From IMG/VR virus record IMGVR_UViG_3300042327_000544, positions 1-64,000 of that record: a stretch of DNA of 64,000 nt; one strand, written 5' to 3'. This stretch comes from a virus. A program made the translations under genes and the position numbers. The notes under the pieces are model-generated. The model was not told the DNA's origin. It did not search any database and saw only the letters and a program-made list of their open reading frames with translations. Of this stretch, positions 1 through 9,630 are shown in pieces (position 1 is the stretch's first letter; each line of letters opens with the position of its first letter).

Positions 1-2249
1 AAAGTATGCCAGAGCGTTTCGGCTTGCTTCTTAGAAATGTGTTTTGAAGCCCCAGCAATAAACCTATCTTTGAATTGGTCGAACTCTTTTGCATCTTTCT
101 TCTTTCCAATAATCTTGCGGACCTTATCAGCCTCTGACCAAGTCATACCGCCCAGGTGTACGCATGCCTGCATAACCTGCTCCTGATATATAATAACACC
201 ATATGTATTCTCGGTAAAAGGCTTCATAATTGGATGAATAAACTGGACTGCTTCATTACCGTGTTTACGCTTAATATAAGAAGCACCTACTGTATTCATA
301 GCTCCTGGACGAACTAATGCGTTTGATGCAGCAAGATCTTCAAATTTATCTACGCCCATCTTGATTAGCAAATTAGTATATGGGGTTGCTTCTGCTTGAA
401 ACACTCCCTTTGTATAGCCTTCGCTTAGAACCTTATAAACATCTGGATCGTCAAGTGTTAACTCGGAAAGATTAATGTCTTTACCTGAACGCTTTTTAAT
501 TGAAGCAAGGGTATCTGAAATTACAGACAAGGTCTTAAGTCCTAGTGCATCTAGTTTGATAAGACCTATATCCGCAACCGTATCCATATCGTATGCAACG
601 ACAGGAATTCTACCTGATACTAAATCACTTGCATCAGCTCTTGATTCAACAGGAGCATACTTTCTTAAATCATCTTTTGCAACTACAACACCTGCAGCGT
701 GTACGCCAACAGATCTAATTCTTCCACGCAGTCTATCTGCAAGCCATAGGACTTCAGGATACTTAGTTCTAAACTCTTTAGTGTTTGGTGAATCAACAAA
801 GTCTTCGAAGGTATCAATAGACTTCATTGCACGGTTAACATCTGAAAGAGGAACCATAAATACACGAGCAGCATCTCTTATTACACCCTTATCTTTAAAG
901 TAAGTGTATGTAGAAATAGATGCAACGTGCTTAAACTTCTTCTTTAAATAGTCTTTAACCTCTTTACGACGGCGGTCTTCAAAGTCTGTATCGATATCTG
1001 GAAAGTCATTACGCTCTGGGTTAATAAAACGAAAGAACAATAAGTCATATTTAATTGGGTCTACATCTGTAATTCCTAGCGAATAACATACCAGCGAACC
1101 AGCGGCAGACCCACGGCCTGGGCCTACCCTAATATTATTTTCTTTTGCCCAGTTAATCATATCCGCAACAACTAAGAAATAGGATGCAAATGACTTATCT
1201 TTAATTACAGATAACTCCTCATTAAGCCTATCAATGTAGACTTGAGACTCTGCCAGACCTAGCCTTTTAAGGCCTTCAGAGGCCATCTGAGCCAGTTTCT
1301 GGTCGGCATCCGTCTTGGGTACGGGTAGAAGGTCTAAACCACTGTTAAAATCGTATTCTCCAATTTTTTCAGATATCTCAATAGTATTATCATATATATC
1401 GGTACGAGTAATTCCAGCCTTATTAAAGTCAGCCTCAATTTCAGACCTTGATTGGATAAATAAATTATAGTCCTGAAAGGATATTCTACGGTCTGGATAT
1501 AGGTAATTTAATCTTTCATTAATATCTTTAATCTGTCTAGACATTTCAAAGTCAGCATCCTTATCTATTTTAGGGGATGTTGATAATATAAGCATTGCCT
1601 CTTCTAGGACTCTATCTTCTTCTTTAGCAAAGTGAGCATCTCCTGTTGCCACCGCCTTAATTTTAAGTTCATCCGCTAATTCTAGTAGGGCAGAGTTAAT
1701 TGGCTCAGGGTTATGTGATTGAACCTCAACATAAAAGTCTGGGCCAAATGTCTTCTTAAATCCTTCAAGTAGAGTTCTAGCCTCATCGAGACTGCCTCTA
1801 TCAATAGCCTTACTAATTAATCCATTAAGACATCCGCTCAAAACAATGATGCCTTCGCTATATTGATCTAATACTTCTTTGTCAATTCTTGGCTTATGAT
1901 AAAAGCCTTCGTTCCAAGCAAGCTCCTGGAGAGTGTTAATATTCTCTAATCCCTTTTTATTCTTTGCTAGCAGGATGATGTGGTTGTATGCCTGAATAGA
2001 TTTATCTGTCTTTGAAGACTTATCGAATCTATCTGTTGGAGATATGTATGCTTCTACTCCAAGGATAGGCTTGATGCCTTCTTCTTTACACGCAATCTGC
2101 ATTTCACGGTGTGATGATAATGTTCCATGATCTGTTATTGCTATTGCAGTTTGTCCCGCCGCCTTTGCTGCTTGAACAAGTTCGAGGGGAGAGTTAAGCC
2201 CATCCATTAAAGAATAGTATGAGTGCACATGTAGATGTGTAAATTTCAT
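1..2249 (-). CDS. dnaE: DNA polymerase III alpha subunit (family C), 3' end runs off window
   Basis: Not in ORF track (no stop in window). Manual translation from ATG 2249: MKFTHLHVHSYYSLMDG...AIAITDHG (PHP domain), GPGRGSAAGSLVCYSLGIT, RFINPERNDFPDIDTDF, GVHAAGVV, KLDALGL; no intein seen. Confidence 0.97.
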   Translation of the reverse strand, partial: MKFTHLHVHSYYSLMDGLNSPLELVQAAKAAGQTAIAITDHGTLSSHREMQIACKEEGIKPILGVEAYISPTDRFDKSSKTDKSIQAYNHIILLAKNKKGLENINTLQELAWNEGFYHKPRIDKEVLDQYSEGIIVLSGCLNGLISKAIDRGSLDEARTLLEGFKKTFGPDFYVEVQSHNPEPINSALLELADELKIKAVATGDAHFAKEEDRVLEEAMLILSTSPKIDKDADFEMSRQIKDINERLNYLYPDRRISFQDYNLFIQSRSEIEADFNKAGITRTDIYDNTIEISEKIGEYDFNSGLDLLPVPKTDADQKLAQMASEGLKRLGLAESQVYIDRLNEELSVIKDKSFASYFLVVADMINWAKENNIRVGPGRGSAAGSLVCYSLGITDVDPIKYDLLFFRFINPERNDFPDIDTDFEDRRRKEVKDYLKKKFKHVASISTYTYFKDKGVIRDAARVFMVPLSDVNRAMKSIDTFEDFVDSPNTKEFRTKYPEVLWLADRLRGRIRSVGVHAAGVVVAKDDLRKYAPVESRADASDLVSGRIPVVAYDMDTVADIGLIKLDALGLKTLSVISDTLASIKKRSGKDINLSELTLDDPDVYKVLSEGYTKGVFQAEATPYTNLLIKMGVDKFEDLAASNALVRPGAMNTVGASYIKRKHGNEAVQFIHPIMKPFTENTYGVIIYQEQVMQACVHLGGMTWSEADKVRKIIGKKKDAKEFDQFKDRFIAGASKHISKKQAETLWHT

Positions 2250-2272
2250 TTAACTCTCCGCCTCTTAACCTA

Positions 2273-2938
2273 TTACCAGTCTACGCTACTTGAAGAAGTA
2301 GGCTCTTCGCCATTTGCTTCACCAGCAAAAAATGCTTCTTGCTCTGTGTATGGCATGTCACGCACTGCTGTATCCTCAAGCTGATAAAGCTCAAGTGATG
2401 AACCATCAAATGGTGCTTCATCTTTTGCAAGTGGGATAATTGTGTAACTTGTGTCTGTCTTTGTGCCAGTACGCTTAATGCGCCACATTAGGTTAGTAAT
2501 GCTTCCCATTTCTCCAGCGTACTCGATTAGTGTCGGTGTGATTGTCTTTCCACTTGAACCCTGAGACAAGATTCCTACATAAGGATCTTCCTTGCCATCA
2601 TCTACAAGAACATTAATGTAAAGTCGTGAACGGCCCTTCCATCCTGCCTTATAGTCCTTGCGGTGTTGTTCGCAACCGTAACACTTGCCTTGATCGTCCA
2701 TTGTGCATAGAGCCTTGCGACGATAGTCTTTTGGATTTGTGTGTTCTACTGCAATAAATCCTAGACCTAGCTTTTCATCATATGTAGGTGAGTCTGGATC
2801 AAGTTCTTGAAGAAAACGAACTTTAACGCTTTCTGCATCTTCTAGCTTAACCCAACGAGCCTTAGTACCGTCTCCACCTGAAGACTGTGGCTTGTCCATT
2901 ACTTTGTTAAGGTCTTTCAACCCTTTTACTATTCCCAT
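2273..2938 (-). CDS. Single-stranded DNA-binding protein (gp32-like)
   Basis: Between primase and dnaE; C..CYGC zinc ligands; acidic tail ending in aromatic residue (SSSSVDW); start MGIVKG at 2938 follows GAGGA RBS. Confidence 0.75.
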   Translation of the reverse strand: MGIVKGLKDLNKVMDKPQSSGGDGTKARWVKLEDAESVKVRFLQELDPDSPTYDEKLGLGFIAVEHTNPKDYRRKALCTMDDQGKCYGCEQHRKDYKAGWKGRSRLYINVLVDDGKEDPYVGILSQGSSGKTITPTLIEYAGEMGSITNLMWRIKRTGTKTDTSYTIIPLAKDEAPFDGSSLELYQLEDTAVRDMPYTEQEAFFAGEANGEEPTSSSSVDW

Positions 2939-2990
2939 GTTTCCTCGTTTCATATAGTTGATGGTGTATATCCATCTTTAGTTTGTTTTA

Positions 2991-3989
2991 TTATGGGGTC
3001 CAAGATCGGTACTCTATGTCTGATACTGCATTTTTAATACAGGTTTTAATTTCTTCATCAGTCATGTCGCCAGCATCTTTTGCATCATGTGGATATATCT
3101 TACCATATTCATGGGAAGCCCACAAGAGGTCTTTATTTTTTAATCTATTGGCTATGCTCAAGCCTAGCTCTCTGCCAGCCAAATCTGCGTCTGTCATTAC
3201 AGTTATTTTATTAAAATATCTATTTAAAAGCTTTTGCTGTTCTGTGGATAATATCCCACCAAGGACGGCCACCACATTTGGAAACCCAGCTTGATGTATT
3301 CTAATTGCATCAAAGTTGGATTCAACTACAATAACATTCTCACCAATTTTCTTTGCACGATGAACGTTAAATAATGTTTTGCTCTTAGGCAGGTTGGTAC
3401 TATTTTTAAATGACTTGCCCTCGATTGATCTTCCCACTAAACCTATCGGTGTTCCGTCTGGACTATGCACAGGAGTAATAACCATATTCATTGAAGTAGA
3501 ATATCCTAATCCAAAATGGTTCATAGAATCCTCATTAATACTTCTTGATTTAAGATAGTCTTTTGCGCTTTGGCTTGCTAGAAGATCTGTATGAAGTCTA
3601 TCTAAAGTCTCTTGGGAAAACTCTTCGAAGTCTGGCTTCTCTTCAAACATATTTGCCATAATCTCATCAAAATTATTAAGAGCGGCTTGCTCTTGTGTTG
3701 CAATAAATCTAATTGCTTCAAAGTCATTCTTGTGTAGCACACGTCTAACTAACTCAGTTAATGTTCCAGACTCTCCGCATGATGGATTAAAGCATAGCCA
3801 TGCCCCTGAAGATTTGTTAATACAGCAACTTGCAGTGTGTCTATTAGAATGAAAAGGGCAGTAAAACATAACCTCATTGCCTGGTTCCGCAACTACATCT
3901 AAGCCTAAAGCTTTTATTACTGACTTGATATGGTTGGGCGCATATTGCGTGGAATCAATTTTCCTTGCGTTATACCCTCTGATAGCCAT
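2991..3989 (-). CDS. dnaG: DNA primase (CHC2 zinc finger + TOPRIM)
   Basis: CPFH...CFNPSC zinc finger; VVESNFDAI and MTDAD TOPRIM motifs; start probably MAIRGY at 3989. Confidence 0.92.
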   Translation of the reverse strand: MAIRGYNARKIDSTQYAPNHIKSVIKALGLDVVAEPGNEVMFYCPFHSNRHTASCCINKSSGAWLCFNPSCGESGTLTELVRRVLHKNDFEAIRFIATQEQAALNNFDEIMANMFEEKPDFEEFSQETLDRLHTDLLASQSAKDYLKSRSINEDSMNHFGLGYSTSMNMVITPVHSPDGTPIGLVGRSIEGKSFKNSTNLPKSKTLFNVHRAKKIGENVIVVESNFDAIRIHQAGFPNVVAVLGGILSTEQQKLLNRYFNKITVMTDADLAGRELGLSIANRLKNKDLLWASHEYGKIYPHDAKDAGDMTDEEIKTCIKNAVSDIEYRSWTP

Positions 3990-4216
3990 GCCTTCTTCTT
4001 TCCTACGTATACTCCGTAGAGTGTCATTAAGAACACCCACGTTTGTCCGTCAAATTGTACTGAAAAGTTGGTGTCTATGTCAAGCACTCTTACATAGCCC
4101 TTGCTTCTCATGTCGTGGACAAGCATGCTTTCGTACTGGTATTTTAATCTAGGTATACCAGAGTCGTCAGCAAACTCAACCCTTACTTGAAATCTTTTTA
4201 TCTGTTTGTGGTTCAT
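3917..4216 (-). CDS. Hypothetical protein between helicase and primase
   Basis: ORF overlapping both neighbours; likely start MNHKQIK at 4216. Confidence 0.65.
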   Translation of the reverse strand: MNHKQIKRFQVRVEFADDSGIPRLKYQYESMLVHDMRSKGYVRVLDIDTNFSVQFDGQTWVFLMTLYGVYVGKKKAWLSEGITQGKLIPRNMRPTISSQ

Positions 4217-5444
4217 CTTTTTGGAATGGATTCTCGTAGATTTCCTTGACGATACCACGGTTGATATCCCAGTCTAGGTAGAAATTAAAATCATGACCGT
4301 GTCTATTCTTACGAGAAACAATCTCAATCATATTAGTTTGTGGGTATCTGTGAACGGCTAAAGCCATATCAGCATCATACTCAATTGCCTTTGACCACGC
4401 CACTTGGCTCATCATCGGCGGGTTATCTTGATCAGAGATATCGTCTGCTGTTGCAGCAGTAATATCAATAATAGGAATGTTGTTGGATACCGCAAGCATT
4501 TTAAACTCACGAGAAACGTTTCTATTTCTTTCTACTTCAGAGTTAGAGCGCTTGTTGTCATTGAATAGCTGGTGGTAATCTAAGATAACTAAGTCTGGTT
4601 TATGCTGATCTATCTTACCTTGAATGGTTGCAGGAGTAACTTCTGATGCACCTTCATTTGAGATAAGAACAAAACTATTCTTTCCCTCAAACTTCTTATT
4701 TCCCCAACTTCGGAAATCATCAATGTTAATATCACCCTTTGACAAATCGCTTGCACGGAATATACCAGAGCCAAGCATAGTAAAGATACGGTCACGCATA
4801 TTCTCTGGAGACATTTCAAGGGATACAATCATTGGCTTAAAGCCTTGCTCCCACGCCTTACAGGCAAGATATGATGTGAACCAAGTCTTACCCTTTCCTG
4901 GCCAACCAATTGCTACAATTAAATGTCCTGGGGCCATACCTGTTGGGTATGCTTTGTCAATCGCTTCAAATCCTGTAAGGATTCCTGGGGCTCCGCCCAT
5001 TACAGATGAACGCTCTTTAACTGATTGATAATGTCGTGCAGCATTCTCAACATCAATAATATCTAAGTCTCTTACGTTGTTTGTGTATCGGCTTAGTCCA
5101 GCAAGGTCGCTTTGCATTTGTGCAAGAACTCTAGATGCTGCATCTTCCTTCAGGGCAGATCCGCCACGCATAATAATTGTCTTAAGCTTGTTAGAGATAA
5201 ACTCATTCTTTAATATGTCTAGGTAATAACCAGTCTCTGCCTTAGCCTCAACTGGTTCAAAATCTTTATGTCGCTCCATAAGTACGCCTGCTTCAGGAAC
5301 TGCTTTAAACTTATAGTAGTATGACTTTAGGCTTTCCCAGATATCTCTATGGGATGTAAACAGATCATCAACGTTATCTGCAAGCAGTGTGCTAATATCT
5401 TTATTCTTACATACAGCAGAGATTAATGTTGCTTCTGTATTCAC
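4176..5444 (-). CDS. dnaB: DnaB-like replicative helicase
   Basis: Walker A GWPGKGKT, SLEMS, Walker B LVILDY, IEYDAD, KNRHG motifs. Confidence 0.95.
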   Translation of the reverse strand: MNTEATLISAVCKNKDISTLLADNVDDLFTSHRDIWESLKSYYYKFKAVPEAGVLMERHKDFEPVEAKAETGYYLDILKNEFISNKLKTIIMRGGSALKEDAASRVLAQMQSDLAGLSRYTNNVRDLDIIDVENAARHYQSVKERSSVMGGAPGILTGFEAIDKAYPTGMAPGHLIVAIGWPGKGKTWFTSYLACKAWEQGFKPMIVSLEMSPENMRDRIFTMLGSGIFRASDLSKGDINIDDFRSWGNKKFEGKNSFVLISNEGASEVTPATIQGKIDQHKPDLVILDYHQLFNDNKRSNSEVERNRNVSREFKMLAVSNNIPIIDITAATADDISDQDNPPMMSQVAWSKAIEYDADMALAVHRYPQTNMIEIVSRKNRHGHDFNFYLDWDINRGIVKEIYENPFQKDEPQTDKKISSKG

Positions 5445-5758
5445 TCTTCGCCCTCCACCATCTTCTTAGTCTCATTCAATAGAATGCTACGGTTAAACTT
5501 ATCCTTCTTAATTTCTTTATTTAGGGCATCAATTCTGTCAAAGTTGTTGTAGAAGAAATTTAATGGGTGGCCCTGCTTGTTGGTAGAAAAATAGTATATC
5601 AAAAGTTCCTGAGCACGTTGGAATCCAACACTCTCTATGACATCATTCATAGCCCACTTCTCTCTAAACTTGTTTACAGTAAGTGATTTATTATACTTCT
5701 CTTTGTATAGAGATAGGTATAATCCAATTAGAACGTATGGCTCTTTCTCATTTGCCAC
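5441..5758 (-). CDS. Hypothetical protein upstream of helicase
   Basis: 105 aa ORF coupled to helicase by GTGA overlap. Confidence 0.7.
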   Translation of the reverse strand: MANEKEPYVLIGLYLSLYKEKYNKSLTVNKFREKWAMNDVIESVGFQRAQELLIYYFSTNKQGHPLNFFYNNFDRIDALNKEIKKDKFNRSILLNETKKMVEGEE

Positions 5759-5951
5759 GTTTTAATTCTTCTTCCACCTCACGAGTCTTTTCAATAAGCT
5801 TGTCTTCAACAAACTTATATACTCTCTCTGTGGCTGTATCTACATTCTCTCCAGCTCGGAGATCATCTTCAACGCCAACACCAATTTTAATGCTTTCGTA
5901 ATTGCCTAAATTGCGTGTGAACGAAAGGTCCACCTTAACTCTCGTTGTCAC
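5748..5951 (-). CDS. Small conserved-looking phage protein
   Basis: 67 aa, TRNLGNYESIKI motif, AAGGAG RBS, overlapping neighbours. Confidence 0.7.
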   Translation of the reverse strand: MTTRVKVDLSFTRNLGNYESIKIGVGVEDDLRAGENVDTATERVYKFVEDKLIEKTREVEEELKRGK

Positions 5952-6058
5952 TTGTGCTCCTTATTTGTATGGTTAGATAATGTCATATGGGCAAAATCTG
6001 ATCTGACTTCTAATTCTTTATTACAAACTGGGCAAATTACAATTCTGCTACTTGCCAT
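5948..6058 (-). CDS. 36-aa C2H2-type zinc-finger microprotein
   Basis: Below ORF-track cutoff: MASSRIVICPVCNKELEVRSDFAHMTLSNHTNKEHK*; fills the gap exactly with TAATG and GTGA overlaps. Confidence 0.7.
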   Translation of the reverse strand: MASSRIVICPVCNKELEVRSDFAHMTLSNHTNKEHK

Positions 6059-6540
6059 TACTCCGCCTTCCATACTGGTATAAATCCGCTATCTGTCTTA
6101 GTATACAATATAATGTTGTGTTTGAGAAGACCTATAAGCTCTGTTCTTGAAGGAACATTTCCAGAGTGTCCTGAATCTAATATAAACTCATGCAGTTCTA
6201 ATATATCTTTTTCACAAAACATATACTTAGACCAATGCTTGTTATCTGGATCTCCTATAGGATATATTTTTTGAGGGGCTTTAATTTTCCCGTCTAGAAT
6301 ATAATCATGCAGGGTAACAGTATGCTTATTTAATAATGCCGAGACATCTTTCATGCCGTAAGCCTTACCCATATTCTTATCGACCTGTGAGTATGAGTAC
6401 ATAACTCTTTTTTTATCTGGATAGCACCAAGCGACTAATTCATCCTTTGATCTGGACGACCTAATAACTTTATGTATTTTATCGTTTAAGAAGAAATACC
6501 GTAGTTTTTTAAGGTTGCTGTTTCTTTTTTTTCTAGCCAT
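6058..6540 (-). CDS. Putative DNA-binding protein (MerR/excisionase-like HTH)
   Basis: YGMKDVSALLNKHTVTLHDYILDGKIKAP resembles winged HTH; basic N-terminus. Confidence 0.5.
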   Translation of the reverse strand: MARKKRNSNLKKLRYFFLNDKIHKVIRSSRSKDELVAWCYPDKKRVMYSYSQVDKNMGKAYGMKDVSALLNKHTVTLHDYILDGKIKAPQKIYPIGDPDNKHWSKYMFCEKDILELHEFILDSGHSGNVPSRTELIGLLKHNIILYTKTDSGFIPVWKAE

Positions 6541-6671
6541 CTTCCGAAAGCACTCGTCTCTTTATTGCACATCCAGCGTTTGCCGCACATGATACAAAAT
6601 AACTCTACATGTAGCTTTTGAGAAAATACTCTATCTACAAAAACTCTTCCACTGCATTTGCCACACCACAT
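6486..6671 (-). CDS. Zinc-ribbon small protein
   Basis: CGKC...CIMCG; TAATG coupling to upstream gene. Confidence 0.65.
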   Translation of the reverse strand: MWCGKCSGRVFVDRVFSQKLHVELFCIMCGKRWMCNKETSAFGRWLEKKETATLKNYGISS

Positions 6672-7471
6672 TATAAAGTAAATACCTTTCCATCAACTAC
6701 GCATGAGTAGTCTGGTGCAATATGAATCATTTGAATATGTGGATAGTCATTTACTATATGGGCAACGGCAAATCCCTTTTGCCAATCGTGGTGCTGGCTA
6801 TATTTCATTCCATCACTCTTTTCATCACACATATGTCCAATTTCATAGCCACGAAGGGTTTCTCCTTCTCCGCCGTTTCTAAGTTCATATGTTACCATAT
6901 GTGAGGCAATTCTGTGTGAGTGTCCACGGATAAGTGAAACTTGTAGGTCTTCCATATCCTTTCTTACTGCTCCGCCTGCTGCAATTGAAAGTCCATGGTG
7001 TACGTGAATATCTCCAAAGCGACGCTTAGGCAATTCGTTGTAATAAATATATTCGTATCCCAATGAGTCTAGGCTCCACATAGATTCTGGAGTTACCTCA
7101 GAAATATACTCTGGAAGTTTTGCATCTACATAATTAAATATTCGGATGTCATGATTGCCTAGAGCTGAAAACAATTGTGCATCAGGAAGCATCTCTCTTG
7201 TCTTGGCATAGAAATCTCTTGCACCTTTTGCTTCATGGCGCATCATTGGAACAATTAGATCCTTACTATCATTCTTATGATAGTTTAAAAACTCTGCAGA
7301 CTTGCCTTCTGTATACTTGCTATAGCATGCCTGATCATCTGTATCGCCAAGGTAGTCAACAACGTCTGGCTTAAACCACTTCATAACCTTAAACCAAAGG
7401 GCTATCATCTTATCATCTTGATATGGGAACTGCTGGTCGGATGATAACATCCATTTTAAATCGTTGCTCAT
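6671..7471 (-). CDS. Calcineurin-like metallophosphoesterase
   Basis: SDQQ, GDTDD, GNHD, HHG, GHSH motifs. Confidence 0.88.
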   Translation of the reverse strand: MSNDLKWMLSSDQQFPYQDDKMIALWFKVMKWFKPDVVDYLGDTDDQACYSKYTEGKSAEFLNYHKNDSKDLIVPMMRHEAKGARDFYAKTREMLPDAQLFSALGNHDIRIFNYVDAKLPEYISEVTPESMWSLDSLGYEYIYYNELPKRRFGDIHVHHGLSIAAGGAVRKDMEDLQVSLIRGHSHRIASHMVTYELRNGGEGETLRGYEIGHMCDEKSDGMKYSQHHDWQKGFAVAHIVNDYPHIQMIHIAPDYSCVVDGKVFTL

Positions 7472-7488
7472 TTTCTACCTTAATATGT

Positions 7489-7513
7489 AAAAAAGTCACG
7501 GGTACGTGACTTT
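7489..7513 (-). terminator. Hairpin with U-tract (intrinsic terminator or palindromic operator)
   Basis: AAAGTCACG-TACC-CGTGACTTT followed by TTT on minus strand. Confidence 0.6.
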
Positions 7514-7525
7514 GATGTTACAGCA

Positions 7526-7553
7526 ATTGTAACATATTTGTGGGGCTTGTCAA
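7526..7553 (-). promoter_or_regulatory. Sigma70/SigA-type promoter for replication block
   Basis: TTGACA-16 bp-TACAAT with TG extension; -10 lies within the ATGTTACA-N5-TGTAACAT palindrome. Confidence 0.7.
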
Positions 7554-7556
7554 GGG

Positions 7557-8003
7557 CTAAATTATATCCTTCATGCATATGGCTATGACGTCTACGGACA
7601 CATTTCTTGTTCCAGTTCCAGTCATGCTGCAAAATATCTTAGGGTTTCCTGTTTTTATGTCTGATATGGCAATATTAACGTTGTCGTTGTCTCCTACTGC
7701 ATTTGTTATGCCTGTCGTAACGAATACCTTGTTTGCATTTAAATCAGTATCCTTAAACTTATTATTGAAATTAAAAGTGTGTGTTTGCGCTGCTGCGCCT
7801 GCTTTAACATTTTGGAAAGTATATCTGTAGGTAAATATTATTGGTACTTGAAGGGTTGTTTCGCCAGAAGACCCCGCATTAGATAAAGATAAGGCGTTGG
7901 ACTGATATATATTATTTATATTTTGTACTAGCTTATTGAGCTTTGTGGGATCCAAGGGCTCGCCGTCATTAAAGGTAACGGGTATAAACTCATTTGTTGC
8001 CAT
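7557..8003 (-). CDS. Hypothetical, probably virion-associated protein
   Basis: 148 aa, FNDGEPLDPTKLN N-terminus, beta-rich C-terminus, GGGAG RBS. Confidence 0.6.
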   Translation of the reverse strand: MATNEFIPVTFNDGEPLDPTKLNKLVQNINNIYQSNALSLSNAGSSGETTLQVPIIFTYRYTFQNVKAGAAAQTHTFNFNNKFKDTDLNANKVFVTTGITNAVGDNDNVNIAISDIKTGNPKIFCSMTGTGTRNVSVDVIAICMKDII

Positions 8004-8014
8004 ATTTTATCTCC

Positions 8015-8188
8015 CTATAAAGGTAAAGAATTTTCGTATTCTTTTACCGCTTTTTCTTTTTCTTGCTTTTCTTCTGTCATTTTTGTAATTTCTGCACGAA
8101 GGATAGCAATCTGAGTCTCATAATTTGAGACAATCTCGCCTATTCTTTGTTGCAAAGCTGTAACTACCAGCTCAATCTTCTCTGCCAT
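8015..8188 (-). CDS. 57-aa coiled-coil protein
   Basis: Not in track: MAEKIELVVTALQQRIGEIVSNYETQIAILRAEITKMTEEKQEKEKAVKEYENSLPL*; AGGA RBS; fills gap. Confidence 0.75.
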   Translation of the reverse strand: MAEKIELVVTALQQRIGEIVSNYETQIAILRAEITKMTEEKQEKEKAVKEYENSLPL

Positions 8189-8195
8189 TTTATTC

Positions 8196-8414
8196 CTATT
8201 CGACTAGTGAGGACTTCTCTGCATTTAGAGCATCCCTTTTTGCATTCAAGGTGCTAAGGTTATTGTTTATTCTTTCTAGACCTTCTGGGTCTACGGTTGA
8301 TCCCGCCTCGTATTGAATTATTTCTAATTCTAATCCGTAAATTGAAAAGTCTAAGCTCTTAATATGTTGATCAATAATAATTGTTTTTTCTTCTTTTGTG
8401 AGTGTGGTTGCCAT
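8196..8414 (-). CDS. 72-aa coiled-coil protein
   Basis: AAGGAGG RBS and own TGATATAAT promoter. Confidence 0.8.
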   Translation of the reverse strand: MATTLTKEEKTIIIDQHIKSLDFSIYGLELEIIQYEAGSTVDPEGLERINNNLSTLNAKRDALNAEKSSLVE

Positions 8415-8430
8415 AATTCCTCCTTTTCTT

Positions 8431-8439
8431 ATTATATCA
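8431..8439 (-). promoter_or_regulatory. Extended -10 promoter
   Basis: TGATATAAT right after the stop of 8441 ORF. Confidence 0.6.
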
Positions 8440-8440
8440 T

Positions 8441-8725
8441 TTATTGGTCTTGCTGGCTACTAGGATCTGCGGGAAAAGGATCATGCCTGACTCCGTCTGG
8501 CAACACTTTAATCAGAACCCCATTCCTGCGCCCTATCTTGTGTTTTTCAACTATTAAAGACTTCATTTCATCATTAGCCTTTTTCAAAATAGGGATCTGG
8601 TCTTGACCATCTTCGTATGGATTAATTGCTCCCATAATTGCGTTAATAGCCTTCATTACAATCGCCTGTTGCTTTTCAATTTCTGCAAATCTTAAGGCAT
8701 CTTCTTCTGAGAATTCTGTGTTCAT
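8441..8725 (-). CDS. Helical hypothetical protein, paralog of N-terminus of 10489..10920
   Basis: EIEKQQ...MKSLIVEK vs EIEIQQ...MKSLVLEK. Confidence 0.7.
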   Translation of the reverse strand: MNTEFSEEDALRFAEIEKQQAIVMKAINAIMGAINPYEDGQDQIPILKKANDEMKSLIVEKHKIGRRNGVLIKVLPDGVRHDPFPADPSSQQDQ

Positions 8726-8727
8726 TT

Positions 8728-9630
8728 TTATCCTATTCTTCCAGTCTTAAAATTAATATTAGCATATCTTTCATATTCGTCAAGTGTCCTTTTGTCTCCA
8801 AGCGCCTGATACCCTACAATATTATTGCCCACAATCCTAGCCAACTCTGCTAAAGAATCTACCAGCAGATCTTCAACTTCCTTTTTAAAATAATTACCTG
8901 GCAATTTTCTCATACTCATATCTTCATTCTCTGAATTATAGTATAGGTGATATATATTATTTTTTCTAGGAATCAATAGGTCATACCCGTGTGTATAAAA
9001 TCTAACTGAGTATAATGTCTCTTCTCCCCAATGAAGTATTTTTTTGTTTGGCTCAATCAGATGAAGATCTCCTGGGCCAAATATCTGAGCTCCAGACACA
9101 CCTTTTGTAAATATATTACCTTCTTTGTTGTGCATAGAGGCCTGCGGTAATATTTTGTCTTTTAAAAATTGTGCTTGGGCTTCTGGGGTATTAGGGTACC
9201 CTATGTATGGTGTATCATCGTTTGGCAGATATTTAACTTGACCGTCTTCATAAAGATAGACCGCTGGGTATGTCGTTAAGATTGGATTGAGGCCTGCTTC
9301 TTTATAATATATATAATCTGATATTAAATGCTCGTCCCAATTTTCTTCAAACCTGCTATGCGAATCAATTTGAAAATAATAATCTTCTCCGCTATAAAAA
9401 GAATTCGCTATGAATCTTCCTATCCCTACCCCAATTTTATCTGGCGCAATAGACTCTTCAAACTTAATATTAGGCATATCTGGAATGCTAATTTTATCTT
9501 CTTTAAAATAACAATTAAATACTCCAAAGCTAATTGTGTGTTTCCCAGAAGACTTACTCATGCAGTCTAATATAGTTAACGGAAGTTCCCGATCTTGAAA
9601 AGAAGATATTTGTACAAATATACTAGACAT
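8728..9630 (-). CDS. GT60-like polypeptide/hydroxyproline O-GlcNAc transferase (Pfam GlcNAc-like)
   Basis: SIFVQISSFQDREL..TI, GEDYYFQIDSHSRFEENWD (DSH motif), ILTTYP, WGEE..S.RFYTHGYD, YHLY, RTLDEYE match the Gnt1/GT60 pattern. Confidence 0.82.
   Translation of the reverse strand: MSSIFVQISSFQDRELPLTILDCMSKSSGKHTISFGVFNCYFKEDKISIPDMPNIKFEESIAPDKIGVGIGRFIANSFYSGEDYYFQIDSHSRFEENWDEHLISDYIYYKEAGLNPILTTYPAVYLYEDGQVKYLPNDDTPYIGYPNTPEAQAQFLKDKILPQASMHNKEGNIFTKGVSGAQIFGPGDLHLIEPNKKILHWGEETLYSVRFYTHGYDLLIPRKNNIYHLYYNSENEDMSMRKLPGNYFKKEVEDLLVDSLAELARIVGNNIVGYQALGDKRTLDEYERYANINFKTGRIG

Noticed and set aside
475-903. Plus-strand 142-aa ORF
   Set aside because: Antisense shadow of dnaE, which occupies 1-2249 on the minus strand
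2960-2976. Small hairpin GATGG...CCATC upstream of SSB gene as autoregulatory element
   Set aside because: Stem too short to distinguish from chance
1-5444. Inteins or introns in dnaE, primase or helicase
   Set aside because: Motif spacing and lengths are normal; no Hint or homing-endonuclease motifs seen
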